Under the pieces are notes generated by a model. The model was not told the DNA's origin and searched no databases. It saw only the letters and a program-made list of their open reading frames with translations. Positions 43,558 through 52,287 of a stretch of DNA of 52,287 nt are shown one piece after another; within the stretch, counting starts at the first letter, position 1; each line of letters starts with the position of its first letter. Both the position numbers and the translations under genes were made by a program. Source of the stretch: a virus (lineage: Duplodnaviria; Caudoviricetes). Location of the stretch: positions 1-52,287 of IMG/VR virus record IMGVR_UViG_3300035659_000020, one strand, 5' to 3'.

Positions 43558-45117
43558 ATGGAGAATATTATGGACAATAATAAAAGTAATAGACTAGCAA
43601 AGACAGCATCAGCAACATTTTTTATGCCACAGTCTAGTTACCCAAGTGATATAGGCGTATGGGGTTCCAATCAAGTAGATAAACTTTCATTTGAAGACCA
43701 TGACACCTTTGTTAAGATTGTAAAGGATTGTAGATTTTTCTTTAGACACGAACCTATTGCTACTACTGTGGTAACAAAGATGGTTAGTCTAGCTATTAAT
43801 GATATTATTGTTCCAGAAAATAGTATCCCTAAAACTGATTACCAAATATATGAATCTCTAAAGAAAGACATCATACGATTTTTAAGAAAGGCTGCTTTAG
43901 AGTTTTTAACTACTGGATTAGTAGTTCCAGAAATAACTTTAACGAACTTAAATAGAAAACAATTGAGAGAAAAAGGAATTCAAAGACTGGATAATTTACT
44001 TTATCCTACTAGTATGTGGTTAAGAAATGCACAAGATATAGTAATCAAAAGACCTTTTATTACTGATGAAGAATCTTATTTCTTAGTAGTTCCTGACGAA
44101 GTGATAAATTTCTTACAGAATAAAGGTACATATAATGATGGTTCTAAAGATATAGAATTATATCAAACCATAGTCACACAATATCCAGAATTTGTATCTA
44201 AAGTTTTATCAGGAGAAACAAAAATTTTACTTGATAATCCTCTTATAGTAAAATCAACTATGTTAGCCGATGCTGAGTATCCAATTCCTTATCTATACCC
44301 AGGATTGGAATCTTATAAACATAAGAGAAATCTTAGAAGAATGGATTATTCAATTGCATCTAGAGTTATTAGTGCTATTTTACATGTAAAAGCGGGAAGT
44401 GATGAATTTCCATTAACAGAAGACCAGCAAGATGTTTTAGATGATTTGGAAGATAAGTTTCATTGGAGAGAAGGAATTAGTCCCAGTGATGTAGAAAGAG
44501 TATTCACATTATTTACTAATCATACTATAGAATTAAATTGGGTATTTCCTGATGTAGAAGCATTATTGAATGATAAGAAATATGATGCAGTTAATAAAGA
44601 TATAATCTTAGCATTAGGATTTCCTAGAATTCTAATTACTGGTGAAACAGAACGGTCATTTACTTCTGACCCAGAGATAGCTACACTGTCTCCAGAGAGT
44701 ACAATGAATGTAATGAGAGATGAACTTTTCCCCATTATATATAAAGTATTCTATGAAGTAAAAGAAAGAAATAATCTTAAAGGAGAATTACCTGAAGTAA
44801 AATTCAAACCTATAAACTTATTAGGATTGAGATTATTCTATGAAGGTGTACAAAAATTATACGATACTGGTAACTTATCTAGAAAATCATTTGCTGAATC
44901 TTATGGATTTGACTTAGCAGAAGAACTAAATCATAAGGTAGAAGAAAAAGAAATGATGAAAGAGTTGGGGCTAGATTTACCAACAGCAGGAGAACCACCT
45001 CCAGTAGTACCAGGAGCACCTGGGAAACCAACTACAAAACCAGCAGCACCCAAACCTGCACCCAAACCAAAGCCAAAAGCAGGTGCACCACCTGGAAATG
45101 ACAATGGTAAGCAATAA
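43558..45117 (+). CDS. Portal protein
   Basis: Follows terL, ~520 aa, ALGFPRIL motif, low-complexity Pro/Lys tail. Confidence 0.8.
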   Translation: MENIMDNNKSNRLAKTASATFFMPQSSYPSDIGVWGSNQVDKLSFEDHDTFVKIVKDCRFFFRHEPIATTVVTKMVSLAINDIIVPENSIPKTDYQIYESLKKDIIRFLRKAALEFLTTGLVVPEITLTNLNRKQLREKGIQRLDNLLYPTSMWLRNAQDIVIKRPFITDEESYFLVVPDEVINFLQNKGTYNDGSKDIELYQTIVTQYPEFVSKVLSGETKILLDNPLIVKSTMLADAEYPIPYLYPGLESYKHKRNLRRMDYSIASRVISAILHVKAGSDEFPLTEDQQDVLDDLEDKFHWREGISPSDVERVFTLFTNHTIELNWVFPDVEALLNDKKYDAVNKDIILALGFPRILITGETERSFTSDPEIATLSPESTMNVMRDELFPIIYKVFYEVKERNNLKGELPEVKFKPINLLGLRLFYEGVQKLYDTGNLSRKSFAESYGFDLAEELNHKVEEKEMMKELGLDLPTAGEPPPVVPGAPGKPTTKPAAPKPAPKPKPKAGAPPGNDNGKQ

Positions 45118-45133
45118 AAGAGGCTAAAATATT

Positions 45134-46135
45134 ATGAAAACAATCACATTAATGGCATCTGATGTACAATTGTTAATAGATAAGTTAGAAATAGATGAGA
45201 TGGCGGCTTCGGCTTCAATCTCTCTAAACCCTAACGTTGCTTGGATGAAGTTTTTGTTAACAGATGACCAACATAATGCTAATAAACAGAGAATTCCTAG
45301 AGAAGAATTTGCTAATGTTTTAAGAACAGGCTTATTCATGCCCCTAAAAATGGCATACGGAGAAGTATCTGAAGGACATGATGATACATTTCCATTAGGT
45401 GTTATGACACATTTGAAAACAGAAGGCAATTCAATCCAAGCATTAGCGGCTCTATGGGATAGAGAAAGACATGAAGATGTAGAATTCTTGAGAAACAGAT
45501 ACTCCGAGGGAAAAGGTATTGATATTTCTTGGGAATTAACTTATACAGACGAAGATGTTGAAGAAGAAGGTGTAGCATTGAAAAATGTCTCCATGAACGC
45601 AGCAACCATCGTAGGTATGCCTGCGTACCAAGGAAGAACAACTGCACTAGCATTATCTTCAGTCGAAAAAGAAGGAGATTTAATGGATACGATTGAAAAA
45701 ACCGAACATGAAAGACTCTTGAATGAGCAAAAAGGACAGTTTGAAGCTCAAATTGCAGAACTTCAAGCTAGTTTAACTACTGTTCAAACAGAGTTAGATG
45801 CGTTAAAACCTCAATATGAGGAATTAGCAAATTATAAACAAACTATTGAAGAAGCAGAAGCAAAGAAAACCAAGCTGACTTCAATTAAAAATAAATTTAA
45901 AGATGCAGGTCTTGATATTACTGATGAATACTTTACTGAAAAAGAAGAGGCACTTGCTGGAATGACGGATGAACAACTTGAGTTCTTTATTCAAGAACTT
46001 GTAGCTGCTTTCAAACCCGCCGAAGAAGGTCAAGCGTCAATTTCTATTACTTCACAAGGTGTTCCCGCAATTCGTGGTAAAGAGACTACAACCATTACAC
46101 AAAAAGATATGGTCGAATATCTTAATAAAAACTAA
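45134..46135 (+). CDS. Prohead protease/scaffold protein
   Basis: NANKQRI, ISWEL, PAY protease-like domain plus coiled-coil C-terminus; position. Confidence 0.75.
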   Translation: MKTITLMASDVQLLIDKLEIDEMAASASISLNPNVAWMKFLLTDDQHNANKQRIPREEFANVLRTGLFMPLKMAYGEVSEGHDDTFPLGVMTHLKTEGNSIQALAALWDRERHEDVEFLRNRYSEGKGIDISWELTYTDEDVEEEGVALKNVSMNAATIVGMPAYQGRTTALALSSVEKEGDLMDTIEKTEHERLLNEQKGQFEAQIAELQASLTTVQTELDALKPQYEELANYKQTIEEAEAKKTKLTSIKNKFKDAGLDITDEYFTEKEEALAGMTDEQLEFFIQELVAAFKPAEEGQASISITSQGVPAIRGKETTTITQKDMVEYLNKN

Positions 46136-46149
46136 GGAGTATAGTAACT

Positions 46150-46725
46150 ATGGAAATCAATAAATATACAGATATTATCGGTGTTGTAGTGTGTGGCGAC
46201 ATCGTTGAAGGCAGAATGGTTCAATTAACCAGCCAAAGTTCTAGTCATCTTTGGGGGAGCAGAGAAGACTTAATGGGAGTAAGACTTCCAAGAACTGACG
46301 CGGAAGCTCAATTAGCTAAGTACATTGTTACTTGGCCTGTAAATAACTCTCAAGTAGATGACAATATTAAAATGTTAGTGCCATTCCCACACTATGATTG
46401 GTCACTAAGACGAGGTGCTTTTGAGCAAGCAGGAAATGTTCCATTCACCTCTGAAATTTACATGACTTACCCTGGAAATCAAAATGGGGTAACAATCCCT
46501 TCAGGTTACTTAGCATTAGCCTTTGATAGAGGCGTTTTCACTGTTCCTTCAGGTGGATTTGTATTCTCAGCTAATATTATGGCTGCTGGTGCACCACTAG
46601 AAGTATTAAATATCAATGATGACACAACTAATGCTGGTAAATTAGCTTACGCAGGCGGTGGTACTATCGCTATAGTTGAGCGGTTCAATTCTGATGATGG
46701 TTCCTTAACCTTCAGAACACTATAA
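46150..46725 (+). CDS. Probable head decoration/cement protein
   Basis: Position between scaffold and capsid. Confidence 0.55.
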   Translation: MEINKYTDIIGVVVCGDIVEGRMVQLTSQSSSHLWGSREDLMGVRLPRTDAEAQLAKYIVTWPVNNSQVDDNIKMLVPFPHYDWSLRRGAFEQAGNVPFTSEIYMTYPGNQNGVTIPSGYLALAFDRGVFTVPSGGFVFSANIMAAGAPLEVLNINDDTTNAGKLAYAGGGTIAIVERFNSDDGSLTFRTL

Positions 46726-46746
46726 ATATAAAGGAGAGTACTTATT

Positions 46747-47667
46747 ATGGCTGATGAAAAACAAATTCAAGAAGCAATTGCTTCTATGGTGAAAGATAGA
46801 AACCAAAGAGAAGCGTTGTCACAAATTATCGTGGAATACGTTCAGCCTAATCATTTAACAGGAGAATTTGTTGGAAATCTTTTGACTACGAGAGCCTTAA
46901 AACCAGGCGATAGCCTTGTTAAGAAAGTTAGAAAAGGCATCAGAGTTAGAACCCTGGTTCCTGGTGCAGTTCACTTAGCTGCTGAAATTACGCAATCAGA
47001 AAGAATCAACTTCGTGTTAGATGGTGCTGACGTAAAAGTTACTTATAATGAATGGGAAATGGAGAGTGGTGAAATTGGAACTCTTCAAGAAATTAAGTCA
47101 GAAATGTCTGCAAAGTTGAAAGACTTTTATTACAATAAAATTTTCTCTGCTTTGGGAAGTATCTGGTCTGGTTCAAATACCCCTGATAACTATGTATCTA
47201 TAGGTCATGCTATTGATGCAACTGCTCTAGAAGCAGCTATCAATAGAATTAACCAAACAACTACAGGTGCAAAGGCCATCGTTGGTCTTCGTTCAGTAGT
47301 TACCCCTATTTCCAAGTTCGCTGCATTTTGGGATGATGGTGGTGGTACAAACGTTGGGATATCACAAGATAAAATCAATGAAGTTTTGAATACTGGTAAA
47401 ATTGGTAGATACTATGGTGTTCCTATCGTAGCAATTGACCAAGTTTATGACAGCCCTGATACCTATAAACCACTTTATCCATCCAACTTCATTTTAGTTG
47501 TTGGTGAGGGTATTGGTGAATTTATTACCTATGGTGAGGTAAAATCAAAACAATGGTCAGATATGAATCCTACTCCTCCACAATGGATGATTGAAATTTA
47601 TCAACAATTCGGAATGATTATTGATAATGCTCAAGGGATTTATATGTTAGATGATGTAACTGTATAA
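46747..47667 (+). CDS. Major capsid protein
   Basis: Size, strong RBS, GKIGRYYGVPIV segment, position, downstream hairpin. Confidence 0.8.
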   Translation: MADEKQIQEAIASMVKDRNQREALSQIIVEYVQPNHLTGEFVGNLLTTRALKPGDSLVKKVRKGIRVRTLVPGAVHLAAEITQSERINFVLDGADVKVTYNEWEMESGEIGTLQEIKSEMSAKLKDFYYNKIFSALGSIWSGSNTPDNYVSIGHAIDATALEAAINRINQTTTGAKAIVGLRSVVTPISKFAAFWDDGGGTNVGISQDKINEVLNTGKIGRYYGVPIVAIDQVYDSPDTYKPLYPSNFILVVGEGIGEFITYGEVKSKQWSDMNPTPPQWMIEIYQQFGMIIDNAQGIYMLDDVTV

Positions 47668-47674
47668 TAAAATA

Positions 47675-47710
47675 ATATGGGGGAGAGTAAACCTCTCCCC
47701 CTTACCATAT
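47675..47710 (+). promoter_or_regulatory. Strong hairpin after the capsid gene (terminator/stabiliser; overlaps HNH start)
   Basis: GGGGAGAG-TAAAC-CTCTCCCC, extendable by ATATGG/CCATAT; no clear U tract. Confidence 0.65.
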
Positions 47711-47978
47711 GGCTAATACTACTCTCAAATATCAAAAAAGAATAATTCGTAATAGAAAGATTGTTGCAGATTATAAGAGTACACATCCATGTACAATATG
47801 TGGAGAAACTAGATTGCCATGTTTAGATTTTCATCATCCCAATGATGATAAATCTAGAACTGTATGTTGGCTTACTGAAAAAGGTAGAAGTAAAAAACAA
47901 TTACTTGAAGAAATGGCTAAATGTATTATAGTTTGTGCAAATTGCCACCGTATAATACATTGGGATGAACAACATTAA
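47709..47978 (+). CDS. Small HNH endonuclease
   Basis: CTICG...LDFHH...KCIIVCANCHRIIH. Confidence 0.88.
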   Translation: MANTTLKYQKRIIRNRKIVADYKSTHPCTICGETRLPCLDFHHPNDDKSRTVCWLTEKGRSKKQLLEEMAKCIIVCANCHRIIHWDEQH

Positions 47979-48006
47979 AACTTAAAATTAAAAAAGGAGT
48001 AATGAT

Positions 48007-48483
48007 ATGTCTGATTATGATGTATTTTCAGCTATGCAGGCGGGGGCAGAACCTCTTGCAAGATATAGAAAAACTATTGTAGGAAAGGTGCATGTAATTG
48101 CGCTCAACCCCTTTTCGGAACAACCAGAAGGGGTTCTTCTTGAAGGTGACGGAATAGGTTCTTATATAGAACTTTGGGATGCAAAACAACAGGTATTTTT
48201 TGAAAGAATGAATAAAAGTCATCTAGATGCTGGTAGACTTATAAAGATGGAGAAGTTACCAGAACCACCACCTCCTTCCCCTAATCAGTTAACAGATGAT
48301 GAAATTGATAAACTTCTAGAAGGAAGATTTCCAACCTTAAAGGCTAAAGTAGATAAATTTACTGATACTGCCCCAGCTCTTAGAATTCTAAACAGAGCTA
48401 GAGAATTAGAGAAATCAGAAAAGATTGTAAAATATCTAGAAGAAAAGATTGCCAAACTTGAATTAGAAAAATACGAGCAATAA
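48007..48483 (+). CDS. Hypothetical head-region protein
   Basis: AAGGAG RBS; position. Confidence 0.6.
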   Translation: MSDYDVFSAMQAGAEPLARYRKTIVGKVHVIALNPFSEQPEGVLLEGDGIGSYIELWDAKQQVFFERMNKSHLDAGRLIKMEKLPEPPPPSPNQLTDDEIDKLLEGRFPTLKAKVDKFTDTAPALRILNRARELEKSEKIVKYLEEKIAKLELEKYEQ

Positions 48484-48974
48484 TGGCTACAGATTTAAAT
48501 TACCTTACACCAAGATTAAGATTAAAGTTAGGAGATTTAACTCCTCCCTACAAATATATGGATGAGTGGTTACATCTATCTTTGGTAGCATCGGTAGATG
48601 CATTACAACGCTGGTGGAATGACAAATATCAAGTAGATATAAATAACAGAGTTTCTCCAGCTATTCTAAGAAGAGATATTCAACCTATTATTTTAATGGC
48701 ATCTATTATTCTAAAGAGTGGTAGTCTAGAAAACTTTTCATGGAATGTAGGTTCTTGGAGAGATGCTGAAATTTCTTTTTCCAATATTGAGGGGAGTAGA
48801 GGTAAACAAGATTCATTAAAACAAGATTGGGATGAATTAAATAGAATATTAACTTCACCAAATAAAAAATTAGTAGGCTCAGTTAAAGGACATTTGCCTG
48901 GATATACAGGAAATCAAATTGAAATGGGTCAGGGTGATGAGTACAAAACATTTATAGATACTGATAACGAATAA
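48483..48974 (+). CDS. Probable head-tail adaptor
   Basis: RLRLKLGD start, size and position. Confidence 0.6.
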   Translation: MATDLNYLTPRLRLKLGDLTPPYKYMDEWLHLSLVASVDALQRWWNDKYQVDINNRVSPAILRRDIQPIILMASIILKSGSLENFSWNVGSWRDAEISFSNIEGSRGKQDSLKQDWDELNRILTSPNKKLVGSVKGHLPGYTGNQIEMGQGDEYKTFIDTDNE

Positions 48975-48989
48975 AAAGGAAAGGGTTTT

Positions 48990-50189
48990 ATGAATAAAAT
49001 AAAAGGATTATTTATCGCTGATGCGGTTGCTTCAACAGGTTTTGCTAGAGTTGCACACTCTATTATTGATAATTTACCAGAAAAATATGAAATACACCAC
49101 TTAGGAATCAATTATTTTGGTGACCCACATCCATATAAAAATAATATTTATCCAGCCAGTTTAGGTGGGGATGTTTATGGAATAGGAAGACTCATGCCAT
49201 TAATTTCTGCTACTAAGCCAGATTTTATATTCATGATAAATGACCCTTGGATTATTTCCATGTATTTACAAGAATTGGAAAAATTAAAGTTAAAGGCACT
49301 CCCCCCTATTATAGTATATTTCCCAGTGGATGCTATAGAGCATAGCCCAAGTTTTTACAGTAGATTTAACTTAGTTAATAAAATCTGTGTCTATACACAA
49401 TTTGGAAAGAAAGTAATTTTATCAGTAAATTCTCCAGATGTTACAGAGGATAAAATTCATGTCATTCCTCATGGGATTTCTACAAAGACTTTTTATCCCA
49501 TAAATTCTACTTTTGCTAAACAGACATTATATCCTAAAGATAAAACAGAAGAATTTCTAAATTCCTTTATAGTGTTCAATGGAAATAGAAATCAACCTAG
49601 AAAAAGAATGGATATAACAATGTGGGCCTTTAGAGAATTCCAAAGGAATAAACCAGATGTAAAATTGTATCTGCATATGGGAGTACTAGATTTGGGGGTT
49701 AATGTGGCAGAGCTGGCTATGCGATATGGATTTGATAGCAAACTGGTTCTTTCTACAATGGAGAATAGAATTCCAACTGTATCAGACGAGAAACTTAACA
49801 TTATTTATAATGCTACCGATGTAGGCATAAATACATCAATAGGTGAGGGTTGGGGGTTGGTTAACTGGGAACATGCTGCAACAGGTAAACCACAAATTGT
49901 ACCTAATCATTCTGCTTTAACAGAAATTTGGCAAGGAAGTGCTAAACTAATTCCCATAATTATGCCACAGATGATTGAAAGAGTAAATACTGTTGGAATG
50001 GTACCTGATTTAAGAGCACTTATAAGTATACTAGAGTGGGCATACCATGATTGGAAATACGAAGATGGAAAAGAATTAAAAGCATTAGGTCAAAAGGGAT
50101 ATGAACTTACACAACAAGAAAAATTTACTTGGCAATCTGTGACTAAAGAATTTGATAAAGCAATTCAAGAAATGTTAAAGGAAAAATAA
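48990..50189 (+). CDS. GT4-family (GT-B) glycosyltransferase
   Basis: TGFARV, IPHG, NRNQPRKRMD, IYNATD, GEGWGL..WEHAATGKPQI. Confidence 0.9.
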   Translation: MNKIKGLFIADAVASTGFARVAHSIIDNLPEKYEIHHLGINYFGDPHPYKNNIYPASLGGDVYGIGRLMPLISATKPDFIFMINDPWIISMYLQELEKLKLKALPPIIVYFPVDAIEHSPSFYSRFNLVNKICVYTQFGKKVILSVNSPDVTEDKIHVIPHGISTKTFYPINSTFAKQTLYPKDKTEEFLNSFIVFNGNRNQPRKRMDITMWAFREFQRNKPDVKLYLHMGVLDLGVNVAELAMRYGFDSKLVLSTMENRIPTVSDEKLNIIYNATDVGINTSIGEGWGLVNWEHAATGKPQIVPNHSALTEIWQGSAKLIPIIMPQMIERVNTVGMVPDLRALISILEWAYHDWKYEDGKELKALGQKGYELTQQEKFTWQSVTKEFDKAIQEMLKEK

Positions 50190-50629
50190 TGACTATTTTT
50201 TGGCCTACTAATACTGCGGATATTACTGATGAAATTAGAAATGCAATTGGAAGAGACATAACTATTTTAGTCACAATATCTGGAATTGCATGTACAGTAT
50301 GTAGTTTAAATCCAGTTTCAAATCTATCTACCAATCCATTTTGTCCTGTATGTGGTGGAACATATTGGACAAGTACAGCATCAGGTTATGTTGTAAATTC
50401 TCATGTAACTATAGGTGAAATAGATTTACCTTGGAGAATAGCTGGTGGATATATTGAAAGAGGAGAAGCAGTTGTACAAATAAAATATACCCCTGACAAT
50501 TTGTATGCAGTTGAACATGCAGCACATTACATTGTGGATGGGAAAACTTATTTACAGGATGACATCTCTTATCGAGGTGTTCCTGAGATAAACAGAATGG
50601 TTATAACCCTTAAAGAACAAGAGGGATAA
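50189..50629 (+). CDS. Probable head-closure protein
   Basis: CTVC...CPVCGGT insertion in a beta protein; position. Confidence 0.55.
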   Translation: MTIFWPTNTADITDEIRNAIGRDITILVTISGIACTVCSLNPVSNLSTNPFCPVCGGTYWTSTASGYVVNSHVTIGEIDLPWRIAGGYIERGEAVVQIKYTPDNLYAVEHAAHYIVDGKTYLQDDISYRGVPEINRMVITLKEQEG

Positions 50630-50645
50630 AGAGAGGAAGGTTAAC

Positions 50646-50879
50646 ATGGCAGGAGAAATAATTATACAGGGCTTAGACATGGTTGATGCCCTTAACGTGA
50701 TTGAAAATAAGAAAGATAAGTTTGTTGCGATTATGTTAAGTGATATAGAACTTCAGTTTCCTAAAGGAAGCAAGGAATTCAAATACATCCGAAAGGTAAT
50801 ACTAGATGGAATGAATGATTATACTCGTTCTTATCTAAGGATTCTTTTTGGAGATATTGAAGGACTAGTAATGAAATAA
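50646..50879 (+). CDS. Hypothetical protein
   Basis: IRKVILDGMND; RBS present. Confidence 0.55.
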   Translation: MAGEIIIQGLDMVDALNVIENKKDKFVAIMLSDIELQFPKGSKEFKYIRKVILDGMNDYTRSYLRILFGDIEGLVMK

Positions 50880-50880
50880 A

Positions 50881-51762
50881 ATGACTGATTTTTTTGGCTC
50901 TAGTAATATGGGCAAATTATCAAGAAAAGCTCAACAGGGTAGAAGAGAATATGAAGAAATTTTGAAATATGAACAAAGGGCAGAAGATAAAAAGCAGATT
51001 GACTTTAATATTAAAGATTTGCAACTACAGATAATAGAAGAAAAAAAAGATTTTTATAGAAATATATTTTTAGAATCTTTAGAACAAGCTGTAGAAGATA
51101 CGGGAGAATATGATAGAAAAAGAATATTCTCTGAAAACATAGAAGTAATACTTACACAAAATATAATGGACTTTTTAGCTGCAATTGTAACATATGGAGC
51201 ATATGGTGTTTATGACATAATGGATGAAACAGCAGGAGATATAGGTGATTTTTGGGAGGGTGTAGAAAATGCTAGAGAATTACTAGATGTAAGTAGAGGT
51301 GATAAAGGAAGAGCAGCAAGATTTTGGGAGAACAAAGTTTGGCCTAGTGATGAAATGTACGATGATACCATAGCTTTAAGATTTCAAGTATGGGGGGATA
51401 AAGCACCTTATTGGTATTTTCTTGAGCATGGTAATTATGCAAGCACTTATGCACATCCTAAATTTACACAAACAAATTTTTTATCTCATTCTGCTTATAG
51501 AATTATTGAGGACTTGGAAATAGAAGTAGCAAAAAGAAAAGAAGCGTCTGAAGAAGAAAGTCCAGAAGAAGAGGAAATCAATAGAGATTATTCTCAAAAA
51601 GAAATAAATCTATTTGATAATGCACAGGCAGAATTTTTATCAAATCCAGATTCATACCAGCCTGGGTACGTATTTAATAAATATAGAAGTCTTGAAGATG
51701 AATGTGAATATAAAATTTATCTTACAAAGACTAAACAAATTGGTAGGAGAAAGATTAGATGA
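50881..51762 (+). CDS. Probable neck/tail-completion protein
   Basis: APYWYFLEHG motif typical of HK97 gp10-like proteins; position. Confidence 0.5.
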   Translation: MTDFFGSSNMGKLSRKAQQGRREYEEILKYEQRAEDKKQIDFNIKDLQLQIIEEKKDFYRNIFLESLEQAVEDTGEYDRKRIFSENIEVILTQNIMDFLAAIVTYGAYGVYDIMDETAGDIGDFWEGVENARELLDVSRGDKGRAARFWENKVWPSDEMYDDTIALRFQVWGDKAPYWYFLEHGNYASTYAHPKFTQTNFLSHSAYRIIEDLEIEVAKRKEASEEESPEEEEINRDYSQKEINLFDNAQAEFLSNPDSYQPGYVFNKYRSLEDECEYKIYLTKTKQIGRRKIR

Positions 51763-52214
51763 ACTTAGACATAAAACAGAATTTAAGTGTATACTATTAT
51801 GTAAGAGAAGTTTTATCTGGCTATCCTACCATTCATGTAACAGATGACTATCCCAATACTGAACTGGTACTTCCCTCGGTATCAGTTGTAGGTAATGATA
51901 TATATACAGAACCGCTAGAACTAGGTAATAGACATGGAATTAGAAACAGAGCCTGGGATATAGAAGTTTTTGGTGCTAATAAAAACCAAAGAGATGAGAT
52001 AACATATGTCTTAATGGACAGTATAGAAGACTATATTCCAGTTTATGACTATGACCAAGGTTTTCCTCCTAGTGGAGTCCCCATGATTGGGGTACTCGAA
52101 TTGAAACCACGTACGTTAGTAGCTACCCCCACTAGAGTTTTTCCTGAACTAGTAGAAAGACTTTATTGGAGAACAAGCATAAAATTTTTAACAGAATACG
52201 AGAGTATTATTTAG
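51759..52214 (+). CDS. Probable tail terminator
   Basis: LPSVSV...DIEVFGANKNQRDEI; position before tail gene. Confidence 0.6.
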   Translation: MNLDIKQNLSVYYYVREVLSGYPTIHVTDDYPNTELVLPSVSVVGNDIYTEPLELGNRHGIRNRAWDIEVFGANKNQRDEITYVLMDSIEDYIPVYDYDQGFPPSGVPMIGVLELKPRTLVATPTRVFPELVERLYWRTSIKFLTEYESII

Positions 52215-52226
52215 GAGGTCTTTATA

Positions 52227-52287
52227 ATGGCTAGAAGAATAGCAATTCCATCAAAGGCTGTAGAGCTAAAAGTTGTAGGCCCAAAGG
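52227..52287 (+). CDS. Start of probable major tail protein (truncated by window edge)
   Basis: AGGAGG RBS, MARRIAIPSKAVELKVVGPK; function by position only. Confidence 0.4.
   Translation, partial: MARRIAIPSKAVELKVVGPK

Noticed and set aside
872-51847. Short antisense or alternate-frame ORFs inside long genes (e.g. 872-1150, 3526-3864, 5681-5986, 15778-16104, 33313-33648, 45124-45429)
   Set aside because: Shadows of well-supported genes, against the strand of their operon or without motifs.
1-52287. Stop-codon reassignment (suggested by the TTA-loop tRNA)
   Set aside because: Conserved genes are full length in the standard code and end in TAA, TAG and TGA with tight packing.
1-52287. Prophage boundary or host chromosome
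   Set aside because: No integrase, att site or block of host housekeeping genes; organisation is phage-like throughout.

Overview
A 52 kb AT-rich segment of a large tailed dsDNA bacteriophage (Caudoviricetes) using the standard genetic code. Two arms diverge from back-to-back consensus sigma70/sigmaA promoters at about 21.1 kb. The left arm (minus strand) holds replication and recombination genes (family A DNA polymerase, RecA, SSB, DnaB, primase, resolvases, DEDD exonuclease, DNA methyltransferase), nucleotide metabolism genes (class II RNR, MazG-like, GMP reductase/IMPDH-like, 5'-nucleotidase) and a large RNA-gene array. The array has 26 recognisable tRNAs covering all 20 amino acids, two atypical tRNA-like genes, an 81-nt RNA resembling only the tRNA-like domain of tmRNA, and several unexplained structured RNAs. 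The right arm (plus strand) is a virion operon: beta-helix proteins, two very large 14-aa-repeat proteins, eight glycosyl-/methyltransferase genes, terminase, portal, scaffold/protease, capsid and neck/tail genes. The best candidates for new biology are (1) the tag-less mini-tmRNA with the surrounding tRNA mimics and (2) the repeat-fibre plus methylated-glycan locus. All calls come from manual reading of motifs and base pairing; no searches or folding programs were run.
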